Below are positions 29,751 to 40,059 of a stretch of 64,000 nucleotides of DNA, piece after piece. Position 1 is the first letter of the stretch, and each line of letters begins with the position of its first letter. The notes under the pieces were generated by a model that was given only the letters and a program-made list of their open reading frames with translations, made no database searches and was not told the origin of the DNA. This stretch comes from Candidatus Methanoperedenaceae archaeon (GTDB lineage Archaea; Halobacteriota; Methanosarcinia; Methanosarcinales; Methanoperedenaceae), in assembly GCA_963753595.1 (NCBI GenBank), contig CAVWCX010000024.1, positions 96,001 to 160,000 on the forward strand, read 5' to 3'. Both the position numbers and the translations under genes were made by a program.

Positions 29751-31718
29751 GTGAAAAATATGAGAAAACTACATCTTTTATTGTTTATATCATGTTTAAT
29801 CCTTCTCTTATATGGGATAATTACCTTCAATAACTCAGGTCAAAATTCTCCAGAGGTCTATATCTCAATTACAGAGCCAAATCTTGATACATTCAAATTT
29901 AATTGGAACGGCACGAACTACAGTTTTTACGACTCTTCTTTAGTATTGGCTATGAACTTCAACAATAATTCCGCAATTGGTGAAAATGCAACAAAGGTTG
30001 TTGATATCTCAAAATATGGGAATAATGGAACGATTAACGGCGCTACATGGACTTCGGATGGACGATTCGGAGGAGCTATGCAATTTGATGGAGTGGATGA
30101 TTATGTGGATGCCGGGAATGGAGCGAGTACGGATCTGGGTAATAATGATTTTACTATTGAAGCCTGGGTTAAATCTATTAATTCCACCAACGGCAGCGGA
30201 ATAGTTTCAAAAGGTTCCTGGGGCAATATTGGATTTTTTATTTCCTATGCCTATAATCCTGCAAATGATTTATATTTTGGAATTCGTGACTCGCAAGGAT
30301 ATAAATCTGCGCTTTTTTTTAAAAGCTCAACCTATAATTGGACTCACCTGGTTGGTATAAAGACAAATAATCATTTAGAGACCTGGGTAAATGGTGTTAA
30401 AATGAACGAATATAATGGTCGGATCGGGTCAATAAGTAATCCGGGGCTAAATCTAACGATCGGAAAAAGTTCCAATGGTTATTATTTTAATGGCTCAATC
30501 GATGAATTGCGGATCTGGAATCGTGCATTATCACCAGGTGAAATCAAAATGCATTACCAGTCAGAATTCCAGAAATACGATTCGACAGAATGGCGTTTCT
30601 ATGATAATATTTCATGGTCGCCCTGCGGCATGGATAAATTTGGGAGTGATGCAAATCCAACAGGAGATCCAATTGGGGGTGGCGAGGGATATTCCAGGAT
30701 CATCAGCGCATCTTCCGCAAAATACATAGTAAACAACAAGAGCGAACTACTTTCGGCATTATCAGCTGCTGTGGAGGGAGATGTGATTTATGTGGATGAC
30801 AATGCTAAAATAAATCTTACTTTTGAACATGATATTATGATCCCTGCTGGTGTTACTTTAGCGAGCGGTCGCGGTAGAGCAGGTTCAAAAGGTGCATTAT
30901 TATATACAGATGAACTAATAAATATCACTGGTTTAGTTCAGATGTTTATTACTGGTGGCAATGGTGTCCGTATAACTGGAATTCGTTTACGAGGGCCAGA
31001 TAATCAGACAAGAAATAGTGCATATGAATTTGCAAATTCTCGCGGTATATATTCGGTGCATGATGTTGAGGTTGATAATTCCGAATTATCAGGCTGGAGC
31101 CACTGTGCGGTGTGTTTGTATTATACTCCCAGATCAGTCACTCCATATATCCATCATAATTTTATTCATCACAACCGCAGATCAGGGCTAGGTTATGGTA
31201 TCGTACATGCCTTTGGTGGAAATTCAATTATAGAAGCAAATATATTTGATTGGAACCGTCACAGTATAGCAGGAGACGGAACAATAAATACGAGTTATAT
31301 TGCACGTTATAATCTTGTGCTTGGAAATGGGAATGGCCATAGCTTTGATATGCATGGGGGGGCTGACCGAAAAGATGGGACCAATATTGCAGGAGAAACT
31401 ATAAACATATATCGTAATACATTTTATAATGTTTTTAATATAAATTATTCGTATCCTGCCGTTGTTATAAGAGGGATTCCCACAAACGGTTCATGGATCC
31501 ATGATAATTACCTTTATTACGATTCCCAGGAATATGCTATACGACAGTCAAACGCGTTTGGAAACATGAATGTTTATCGGAACTGTTATAATAGGTATCT
31601 GGATAATATTGAAAGTGGCTCCTTCACATATTATGCCCTGACGAGTGACTTTTTGGGAAATTCAAATAGTTCTGAAATTAGAACGATCACGATAAAAAGC
31701 AAAAATTTGCCGCCATAA
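29751..31718 (+). CDS. Secreted LamG + right-handed beta-helix protein
   Basis: LamG (DISKYGNNGT, G.FGGAMQFDG.DDYV, FNGSIDELRIWNRALS..EI) and parallel beta-helix (IHHNFIHHN, IEANIFDWNRHSIAG, HSFDMHG). Confidence 0.85.
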   Translation: MKNMRKLHLLLFISCLILLLYGIITFNNSGQNSPEVYISITEPNLDTFKFNWNGTNYSFYDSSLVLAMNFNNNSAIGENATKVVDISKYGNNGTINGATWTSDGRFGGAMQFDGVDDYVDAGNGASTDLGNNDFTIEAWVKSINSTNGSGIVSKGSWGNIGFFISYAYNPANDLYFGIRDSQGYKSALFFKSSTYNWTHLVGIKTNNHLETWVNGVKMNEYNGRIGSISNPGLNLTIGKSSNGYYFNGSIDELRIWNRALSPGEIKMHYQSEFQKYDSTEWRFYDNISWSPCGMDKFGSDANPTGDPIGGGEGYSRIISASSAKYIVNNKSELLSALSAAVEGDVIYVDDNAKINLTFEHDIMIPAGVTLASGRGRAGSKGALLYTDELINITGLVQMFITGGNGVRITGIRLRGPDNQTRNSAYEFANSRGIYSVHDVEVDNSELSGWSHCAVCLYYTPRSVTPYIHHNFIHHNRRSGLGYGIVHAFGGNSIIEANIFDWNRHSIAGDGTINTSYIARYNLVLGNGNGHSFDMHGGADRKDGTNIAGETINIYRNTFYNVFNINYSYPAVVIRGIPTNGSWIHDNYLYYDSQEYAIRQSNAFGNMNVYRNCYNRYLDNIESGSFTYYALTSDFLGNSNSSEIRTITIKSKNLPP

Positions 31719-32078
31719 ATCCATCAAAACTTTCTGCGCTATATTGACACTGAACTAAAACGAACTGCGACAAATTCTTTGAAACCCTGATAGGTCCATC
31801 TTAAATTATATTTTTTAAAAGTCTAGGTGCCTCTGCGATCCACAAAACCCCTAGAACACCAAAAAGCCATCCTGTGAATTTTTTATGCATCACCGAAAGG
31901 ATTAAATTAATGACAGATATCTAAAACGAACAAGATATTGAAAAACAATGGTGGTATTAAAAATCATTGGACACCTGTAACAATGTATCTGGTGAACTAT
32001 TTTAATATCATTAAAAGAGTAACCATTGAAGAAAATTAATTCGAAAAAAAGTAAATCAATAAAATACTTATTAAAACC

Positions 32079-32423
32079 ATGCCCCTCGATTTTATCCTCA
32101 CCAAATTCCGCTACCTATGCACCTGCGTAACGAAGCACTACCCTACCCTGACTCTTGCGGAGTACTTCCGGGGAAAAGATATGCCTTCGCGCTTCGCCAT
32201 GATGCGTTACGACATTGACAGGAAGCCGGAGAATGCGCTTTTTACGGTGAGGGTAGAAGCCGAGTCGGGAATAAGGGCGACGTATTATTTCAGGAGGTAT
32301 GGAAGTGCGTTTAGTCCTGATATTATGAGGGAGATAGAGGGAATGGGGCACGAAGTGGGATATCATTACGAGGTTTTTGGGAAGGCGAAGGGGGATAAGG
32401 AGAGGTCTATCCGAGTTATTTAA
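32079..32423 (+). pseudogene. Truncated polysaccharide-deacetylase-like gene
   Basis: MRYDIDRKP.NAL, E...GIRATYYFR, GHEVGYHYE, then premature end. The usual RHD motif reads RYD. Confidence 0.7.
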
Positions 32424-32507
32424 ACACGAGTTGAATGAAATCATAGAAACATGCGATGCTAGAGGTTTACATGCTTAAAAGGATTATTTTAATCAGTTAT
32501 ATGAATA

Positions 32508-33599
32508 ATGAAGAGAGGCACTAAATTGAAAATATTAATAGATATCGGGCATCCAGCACATGTTCATTTCTTCAAATATTTTATCTCAAATATGAAGGAA
32601 AAAGGCCACAAAGTGTTAGTTACTGCCAGAAATAAGGATGTAACATTGGATTTATTGAAAGCATATCAAATTGATTTTATTCCAGTAGGTGCAATAGGAA
32701 ATACTAAATTAGATCTGATTACTGAATGGATGAAAAGGGATTATGAAATAGTTAAAATTGCAGGTAAGTTTAATCCTGATATTTTAATGGGAATGTTAAA
32801 CCCATGCGCTGCTCATGCGTCAAAATTACTTAGAAAAAAATCAGTTATTTTTAATGATTCCGAAGTGGTAGCATCAACCGCTCTTATAACTTATCCATTT
32901 GCAGATGTTATCTGTACACCAATGAATTTTAGTAAGAATCTAGGTAAAAAACATGTTAGATTTAATGGATATAAGGAACTCGCCTATTTGCATCCCAACC
33001 ATTTTAAACCTAATCCAGATATTTTTAAAGATTTAAATATAGATATCAATGACAAATATATCGTCATGCGTTTTGTCGCATGGAAAGCTGGTCATGATGT
33101 AAAACAAAGAGGTTTTGATTTAAATACTAAAATAAAATGTGTCAGAGAACTGGAAAAGTATGGTAGAGTATTCATCTCCTCGGAAGATAAACTTCCTAAG
33201 GAACTGGAGGATTATCGCATAAAATTTCCACCAGAAAAAATGCATAGCCTTTTGTATTATGCACAAATGCTGATTGGGGATAGCCAAACTATGACAACCG
33301 AAGCTGCCGTTTTAGGAACTCCTGCTATTCGTTATAATACATTTGTTGGCGAAAAAGACATGAGTAATTTTATTGAACTTGAGAAAAAATATGTTCTCAT
33401 CCATAGTTATGATGATCCAGACAAAGCCATTAACAAAGCGATCCAACTAATACAGAGGCCAAACCTAAAAGAAGAATGGAAAGGTAAAAGAGAGATGCTT
33501 CTAAAAGATAAAATCGATGTGACTGAATTTATGATTTGGTTTATTGAAAATTATCCCAAGAGTCTTGAGAAAATAAGAGAAAATGAAATATTAGGTTAG
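32508..33599 (+). CDS. DUF354 family GT-B-like protein
   Basis: IDIGHPAHVHFFK, GYKELAYLHP..F.P, MRFV.W.A.HD, TM.TEAAVLGTP. Confidence 0.9.
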   Translation: MKRGTKLKILIDIGHPAHVHFFKYFISNMKEKGHKVLVTARNKDVTLDLLKAYQIDFIPVGAIGNTKLDLITEWMKRDYEIVKIAGKFNPDILMGMLNPCAAHASKLLRKKSVIFNDSEVVASTALITYPFADVICTPMNFSKNLGKKHVRFNGYKELAYLHPNHFKPNPDIFKDLNIDINDKYIVMRFVAWKAGHDVKQRGFDLNTKIKCVRELEKYGRVFISSEDKLPKELEDYRIKFPPEKMHSLLYYAQMLIGDSQTMTTEAAVLGTPAIRYNTFVGEKDMSNFIELEKKYVLIHSYDDPDKAINKAIQLIQRPNLKEEWKGKREMLLKDKIDVTEFMIWFIENYPKSLEKIRENEILG

Positions 33600-33600
33600 C

Positions 33601-35430
33601 ATGTGCGGCATCAATGGATTCAATTGGAAAGATACAGCTCTAATAGAAGATATGAACCGAGCAACAAAACATAGAGGTCCAGATGACAAAGGGATTTATG
33701 TCGATGAAAAGACCTCATTGGGTCATGTTCGACTTTCAATAATTGACTTGTCGGAAAAAGGCCATCAGCCGATGTCTAATGAAGATGGAACGATATGGAT
33801 AACCTATAATGGGGAAGTTTATAATTTTCAGGAGTTAAGGTCTGACCTGTTAAAAAAAGGGCATGTATTTAAAAGCAATACTGATACTGAAGTAATTATC
33901 CATGCCTATGAAGAATATGGTTTAGACTGTGTAAATCAATTTAACGGCATGTGGGCTTTTTGTATATACAACAAAAACAAAGATATTCTGGTTTTAAGCA
34001 GGGATCAATTTGCTATCAAGCCTCTTTATTATTATATAGAAAATAATAAATTTATTTTTTCCTCCATGATCTCTGGAATCTTAAGTCATGAAATTAAGAC
34101 TGCTCCAAATGAGAGGGCGATAATGGACTATCTCGCATTCAACCTTGAGCACCATAAACAATATTCATTTTTTGAAAATATATACTCGCTGCCACAAGGT
34201 AGCACACTGACATATGACCTTAAAACCAATGGTCATAATATCAAGCAATGGTATCAATTAAAATTTAGAAGCGTGGAAAATGAAGGGATTATTCGAGACA
34301 AATTTATAGAGAGTGTCAGATTAAGGACAATATCAGATGTTCCAGTAGGCAGTTGTTTGAGCGGCGGAATTGATTCCTCGGCAATAGTGTGCACTCTGGA
34401 TATGATTTTAAAAAATAAATTTTTTACATTTTCTCTTGTCGTGCCTGGAAGCTCGAAGGATGAGAGTAAATATATCAAAGAGGTTGGAAGGAATACAAAG
34501 ACGCAACAATTCTTCACTACGATAGGCGTTGATGACTTTCTAAAAGAAGTGGATGACTTTATTATTGCGCAGGAAGAGCCAGTAACAGGATTAAGTCCAT
34601 ATGCTCAATATCGAGTAATGAAACTTGCCCATGAACAAGGCACGAAAGTGCTTCTTGACGGGCAGGGTGGAGATGAGATATTTGTAGGATATGTGTATTA
34701 TTTTAGTTATTATTTTTATGAATTATTTACAAAATTTAAGTGGTATACGTTGATTAAAGAAATGGTGCTATATATAAAAAATTTTAAAAATGTTTATCCA
34801 CACTCAGTGCTTGCATTTTTATTCCTGCCGGAATCGCTGAAATATATCTTATGGAAAACATTTAGCAATAAATGGATAAATCATGAACTGCTTGAGAAAG
34901 TATGTGTCGATAAAGACCCACGATGGAAAGCCATGAGCCTGAATGATAGTCTTAGATTAACACTTTTTTCTACTGCGATTCCGCATCTATTGCGATGGGA
35001 AGATAAAAACTCTATGAGGTGGAGCATTGAAAGCAGGGTTCCATTTCTGGATGTTGGGCTTGTAGAAACGGCATATTCTCTACCCTCAGAACAAAAATTA
35101 TTCAATGGAAGGACAAAAGTAATTTTTAAAAGGACATTGGATACTCTTATTCCAAAGATGATACAAAATAGGAAGGATAAAATTGGATTTGAAGCACCGG
35201 TAGATGCTCTTTTCAGGAATGAAACGATCGTAGAATTTTGTAAAGAAATTATTTATTCTGAAAGTTTTAAGAACAGACCTTATTGGAAATGGAATGAAGT
35301 GGAAAAAATATTTATTAGTCATATTCAAAACAAAAAGAATGCAGGTGATACGATTTGGAAGTGGATAAATCTGGAAATATGGTTGAGGGAATTTTTTAAT
35401 GAACAAAAAATCAGAAGAGTCAAAAGTTAA
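33601..35430 (+). CDS. asnB: Asparagine synthase-like glutamine amidotransferase (probably sugar amidation)
   Basis: MCGI, HRGPD, RLSIIDLS..GHQPM, NGEVYN, LSGGIDSS, DGQGGDE, ESRVPFLD. Confidence 0.93.
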   Translation: MCGINGFNWKDTALIEDMNRATKHRGPDDKGIYVDEKTSLGHVRLSIIDLSEKGHQPMSNEDGTIWITYNGEVYNFQELRSDLLKKGHVFKSNTDTEVIIHAYEEYGLDCVNQFNGMWAFCIYNKNKDILVLSRDQFAIKPLYYYIENNKFIFSSMISGILSHEIKTAPNERAIMDYLAFNLEHHKQYSFFENIYSLPQGSTLTYDLKTNGHNIKQWYQLKFRSVENEGIIRDKFIESVRLRTISDVPVGSCLSGGIDSSAIVCTLDMILKNKFFTFSLVVPGSSKDESKYIKEVGRNTKTQQFFTTIGVDDFLKEVDDFIIAQEEPVTGLSPYAQYRVMKLAHEQGTKVLLDGQGGDEIFVGYVYYFSYYFYELFTKFKWYTLIKEMVLYIKNFKNVYPHSVLAFLFLPESLKYILWKTFSNKWINHELLEKVCVDKDPRWKAMSLNDSLRLTLFSTAIPHLLRWEDKNSMRWSIESRVPFLDVGLVETAYSLPSEQKLFNGRTKVIFKRTLDTLIPKMIQNRKDKIGFEAPVDALFRNETIVEFCKEIIYSESFKNRPYWKWNEVEKIFISHIQNKKNAGDTIWKWINLEIWLREFFNEQKIRRVKS

Positions 35431-36598
35431 TAAAAGTCTACTATTTGTGTCCCATAATTATAGTACATTTGTTAAGGATCAAATAGAACAAGTATCGGAT
35501 AATTTTAATAACATAACTGTTTTGTCCAGATATAATCCAATTTCGGAGATCTCAAATATCTTTCCGATACATCGCCTGAGACCATTTAGAAAGGCATCGA
35601 TAATTGATCTATCAAACAAGCCTTCCAATGTTAATGTAATAGTTACACCAATATTTTATTTACCTATTGATTCAGGATATAAAAATCTTGGAGAGAAGCA
35701 TTTTAAAATAGTAGATAGAAAAATAGAGAGGGATAACATAAGATTCGATTTGATTCATTCTCACTTTCTATGGTCTGCAGGATATGTTGGAGCAAAACTA
35801 AAGGAGAAATATAATATACCATTTGTAGTTACTGCTCATGGCTATGATATTTATGATTTACCTTTTAGAGACAATGAATGGAAAGAAAAAATCAGATACG
35901 TTCTTGATTCTGCAGATTGTATTATAACGGTAAGTGATAGTAATCTGAAATGTATTAGAGAATTAAATGCGAAAACACCAGTCCAGGTAATGCCAAATGG
36001 TTTCCGAAGAGATCTGTTTTACCCACAAGATTCAAAAGAATGCAGAAAAAAATTAAATCTCCCACTCGATCGAATGATATTATTGAGCGTTGGATGTGTA
36101 TATGACGAAGTAAAAGGTGGGAAATATTTAATAGAGGCAATAAGAGAAATAGTAAAGTATAGAAAAGAAATTCTATGTATCATTATAGGCAGCGGAGCGT
36201 TAAAAAATAAATTGCAGAAACAAATTGAAAAAGCAGGATTGAAGAATTATATTATACTAGTTGGAGGGCAACCACATAATGAGATTTCAATCTGGATGAA
36301 TGCGTGTGATGTTTTTGTTCTCCCGAGCTTGAGAGAGAGTTTTGGAGTGGTGCAAATCGAGGCAATGGCCTGCGGAAAACCAATTGTAGCAACTTACAAT
36401 GGGGGAAGTGAAGAAATAATTATTTCAGATGATTATGGGTATTTGTGCGAACCAGCAAATTCAAAAAAGTTAGCAGAAAATATTTTAATGGCATTAGATA
36501 AGGTATGGGATGACAATAAAATAAAAAAATATGTTGAAAAATTTACTTGGAAGAACGTCGTAAAAGAGATATTAGAAACATATTCCATTGTTTTATGA
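35399..36598 (+). CDS. GT4 glycosyltransferase
   Basis: TAHGYD, PNGF, DVFVLPSLRESFGVVQIEAMACGKP. Confidence 0.93.
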   Translation: MNKKSEESKVNKSLLFVSHNYSTFVKDQIEQVSDNFNNITVLSRYNPISEISNIFPIHRLRPFRKASIIDLSNKPSNVNVIVTPIFYLPIDSGYKNLGEKHFKIVDRKIERDNIRFDLIHSHFLWSAGYVGAKLKEKYNIPFVVTAHGYDIYDLPFRDNEWKEKIRYVLDSADCIITVSDSNLKCIRELNAKTPVQVMPNGFRRDLFYPQDSKECRKKLNLPLDRMILLSVGCVYDEVKGGKYLIEAIREIVKYRKEILCIIIGSGALKNKLQKQIEKAGLKNYIILVGGQPHNEISIWMNACDVFVLPSLRESFGVVQIEAMACGKPIVATYNGGSEEIIISDDYGYLCEPANSKKLAENILMALDKVWDDNKIKKYVEKFTWKNVVKEILETYSIVL

Positions 36599-36627
36599 TT
36601 TTATTTTTTAGCTTATCCAAGGCATAT

Positions 36628-38598
36628 TTATCCAGATAATTTTATATATGCTTTTGCTTCCCGAGTATCATAAATATTCGAATAATTATTATCTAGGTAT
36701 TCTTTAAAATACCTCCCAAGAATCATGCTTGGATTCCTGTAACCTTGAACTTGAACTGGTATGTCCATGCTGCTTTTTCTCCAGATTAACAGCTTATTAT
36801 CTATAGACTCCCAATCAAAATCTCCTTCTGGTGTTGTTTGAAAAGCACTAGTATTACCTCTTTTCAAATACGTTTCGAATGGTCTAACAGACGTTTGAAG
36901 ATCTGAAACAATATAATTTGAATAAGAATTGTTCATCTTAGCAAACATTTTCATTTCAGACTCTGTCCAGACCATCTTTTGATTTAACTCCTTTCCATAA
37001 ATAGGAGAATCAAGATTGGAAAATGAATTTGTAATCATGAAAAAAGAAAATGTTGACAAAAGTACTAATAGAAAAATAATATTGTAGTGTTTATTTCTAC
37101 TTGTGCCGACAAAATTGAAAAATCCAATACCAGCAAATAATACAAAAGTTGTGTAAATAAACGCAGGCCATCTATAGGGAGTAATATTCCTCATACCCAT
37201 TACAGGAAAGGCAAAGAAAATGAAGAATAACACAATTAGCATGAATATCAAAGAAAATATTGTTTTATTAGTATATTTTGTTGACAAACTATACAGAGAC
37301 CCAATAATGCCAAAAAAGATGAATATCAGAAATCCAAGAATGTTAAAAATCGATGCCCAAGAATCTCCGATATTTGAAGTAGTACTTCGTCCCAAAAATT
37401 CAGCTTCTTTTGATAATGAATCAACAAATCCCCTTGTTATTGAATCAAAGAAGGGATAGGTTTGATCCATCCAATGAAAGGTCAATATTATTACAGAAAG
37501 CATGCAAATCGTAATACTGATTGGAAATTCCCCGGAGTATTTCACATCCCGACATATAGTTTTGAAAATAGAAGAACCGATATATAACGAAACCAATGAT
37601 AAAACTAAAATCATTGATGAAACCGTATGTGTCCAAACAATCAAAAATAGGAATAAAATTAATAACGACTTATAGATAATGGCAAATTTGTCCTTTTGAA
37701 CGATCAATAGATAAATTCCAATAGTATATAATGCGATACCAAATGTCATTGCGATTACTTGAACGCTCCATTGTATGTGAAAATCGGAAAAATTAATAAA
37801 TAACATCGAGAACATTGCAATGTTCGTATTGTTAGTTAAATTCCTGACAATAAGATAAACAAAAATTGTACTAAGAACCAGAACAGTTCCTGCAACATAC
37901 ATAGATTCTTTTACGGTAAAATCCATAAGAATACCTGTAATTGCAGTAAAGATGTGCATAATTGGATAATTGCTGTAATAATCGTGTGTCTGAGGTAAAT
38001 AACTGGTACCAAGTAATGAAATATCATTAATAAATTCAGCGTGATACCATGGATCAGAACCTAGAGGATAAGGGGATATAAAGTATGCACTGTATCTTAA
38101 TATAAGAGATACAAGAAATATCTTAAAGATTGTTTTATATATATTAAAATTTTTAACCATATTTGTGGACAATATTTCCAACCCTAAAAAAGCGACTGCA
38201 ACTGAAATACTAATAAAGAACATTGGAGGTCGATAATAAGAAGTTGCAAGATAATAGCTAATTAATGCAGTCACAATACAAATCCAGTAGACAATTTCAA
38301 TTATTTTCAATGTCTTACCGTCAAAAATGAAAATTAGCCCCGTCTTTTCTGTTAACAATGCTTGCCTATTTTTCAAATACATGAGACAAGCTATAGTGAG
38401 AAATGGCCCCAACATTATCAGGTAATTATTGCTGTATATCAAATTTAATGATGTAATGAATATACCCAAAATACTTCCAATTACAGCAAATTTACCATCA
38501 ATTGAAAAAACATCAGATCTTTTTATTTTTCGAGCGATTAGTATATAGAATATCAATGTAAGGATTATGACAATCGGTGCAATCTCTTTGAATAGCAT
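36628..38598 (-). CDS. Polytopic membrane protein, GT-C-like (polymerase/ligase candidate)
   Basis: About 13-15 hydrophobic segments, loop motif GSDPWYH, Y..YP.MH, TH..S, R motif and a soluble C-terminus ending NIYD. Confidence 0.65.
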   Translation of the reverse strand: MLFKEIAPIVIILTLIFYILIARKIKRSDVFSIDGKFAVIGSILGIFITSLNLIYSNNYLIMLGPFLTIACLMYLKNRQALLTEKTGLIFIFDGKTLKIIEIVYWICIVTALISYYLATSYYRPPMFFISISVAVAFLGLEILSTNMVKNFNIYKTIFKIFLVSLILRYSAYFISPYPLGSDPWYHAEFINDISLLGTSYLPQTHDYYSNYPIMHIFTAITGILMDFTVKESMYVAGTVLVLSTIFVYLIVRNLTNNTNIAMFSMLFINFSDFHIQWSVQVIAMTFGIALYTIGIYLLIVQKDKFAIIYKSLLILFLFLIVWTHTVSSMILVLSLVSLYIGSSIFKTICRDVKYSGEFPISITICMLSVIILTFHWMDQTYPFFDSITRGFVDSLSKEAEFLGRSTTSNIGDSWASIFNILGFLIFIFFGIIGSLYSLSTKYTNKTIFSLIFMLIVLFFIFFAFPVMGMRNITPYRWPAFIYTTFVLFAGIGFFNFVGTSRNKHYNIIFLLVLLSTFSFFMITNSFSNLDSPIYGKELNQKMVWTESEMKMFAKMNNSYSNYIVSDLQTSVRPFETYLKRGNTSAFQTTPEGDFDWESIDNKLLIWRKSSMDIPVQVQGYRNPSMILGRYFKEYLDNNYSNIYDTREAKAYIKLSG

Positions 38599-38673
38599 TT
38601 TATGCTCTCATTATAAAAAATTTTTATAATTTATAGTAGTCATATGCATGTAGATTTTTTTATAGCTTTAGTT

Positions 38674-39939
38674 TTATTGGGTTTGATTTTTTCTTGTATA
38701 TTTTATTATGAAATACGAGCGGGTAATTCCGATAAGAATTAATGATATAGACGTAGCACTTGCAGCTCCAATAAGTCCAAATTGTGGAATTAGTGTAATA
38801 TTCAAAAATATGTTCGAGATAACACCTATTACCCCAATCCGATATAGAATCTGGACTTTGTCAATGCTCCCAAGACATCCCCCTATAGGAATAAATGCCC
38901 CATAAATTGAATAGCCAATTAGTAATATCAGCATCGGTGTATATGCAGGCAGAAACTCACTTGTAAAAATCAATGTGATCAGAAATTTGCCGGAGAATGC
39001 CAGAAATACCGAGATGAATACCATGGCTGTAAATGTCTTGGGGACGGTATTTTTGATAAGTTTTCGGATGCTATCAAAATCTTTTTTTCCGTAATAGGTT
39101 GCGATTGATGGTGTTATTATTGTTTGCATCGCCTGTGGTAATAACGTGATTCCGCTCATGAAGACTATTGCAACTGAATAATACCCAACTTCCGTCTCGT
39201 TCATGTAATAACCGATTAGCAAGTTGCCGATCTGGGTGTTGATCATATCGATGGAGCTTGCAAGTACGACATAGAAACCGAACGTTGAAATATCTTTAAG
39301 GAAGGAGTTTACGAGTTTTGGAGATATTGCGAAATAGGCTCTAATAATCGTCAGAGAAAGCAAACTGACCAGTATTGTTGGGAGAACGAAACCTATCACT
39401 GCACCCATGATATCCATGTTTAGCCATATTATCAGGACAACGGTAATCACCATCATCGATATGTTCTGGACAATGTTCACCGCAGCATACCACTTCATCC
39501 ACCGGAGGCCGTTCAGTGTGCCTATGACAGCTTTCTGAATTGCTATGAATGGGAAGCAGAATGCGGTGATCTTCAGGAGGTCGGTCATCTCAGGGTTGTG
39601 GAAAAGCTGAGTAGCGATGATGCTGGAGAGCAAGTATAGTAGTATGCCCATCACGGAGCCGCTAATCAGAGAGCCTAAGATACCGGAGGTGCAGAACTCC
39701 CGGATCTTCGTCTTGTCGTTGTGGTACTGGGCGATGAATTTTGTCATGGCTGCACCGATGCCGAATCCGGCGAACTGCAAGCCTAACATGTAGATGGTGA
39801 AGACCATAGTGTAAGAGCCAAGTCCGGAAGGTCCAAGCACCCGGCTGAGAACGATTCTGAGCAGCAGATGTGAAATCGAAGCTGTGGCTAGACTGATGAA
39901 TGGCCATTGGATGTCTTTAACAGTTTTTGTGAGTTTCAA
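38674..39939 (-). CDS. Wzx-like polysaccharide flippase
   Basis: R.LGP.GLG.Y, EVGYYSVA, LN..LIP.FG..GAA.ATS. Confidence 0.92.
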   Translation of the reverse strand: MKLTKTVKDIQWPFISLATASISHLLLRIVLSRVLGPSGLGSYTMVFTIYMLGLQFAGFGIGAAMTKFIAQYHNDKTKIREFCTSGILGSLISGSVMGILLYLLSSIIATQLFHNPEMTDLLKITAFCFPFIAIQKAVIGTLNGLRWMKWYAAVNIVQNISMMVITVVLIIWLNMDIMGAVIGFVLPTILVSLLSLTIIRAYFAISPKLVNSFLKDISTFGFYVVLASSIDMINTQIGNLLIGYYMNETEVGYYSVAIVFMSGITLLPQAMQTIITPSIATYYGKKDFDSIRKLIKNTVPKTFTAMVFISVFLAFSGKFLITLIFTSEFLPAYTPMLILLIGYSIYGAFIPIGGCLGSIDKVQILYRIGVIGVISNIFLNITLIPQFGLIGAASATSISLILIGITRSYFIIKYTRKNQTQ

Positions 39940-40059
39940 ATCGAGTGTGAAATGACCGTTGACCTACTTCTAGTTAAGCATACAGTATTAAAAATACAAG
40001 TAAAGTAATAACCGATCTCACATTTTAAAGATGCAAGAATGGTTATCATTTTCTCGTAG

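Noticed and set aside
31735-31870. Possible transposase 3' end and IS terminus; similar scraps near 52870 and 54895
   Set aside because: Too short to assign without a database search.
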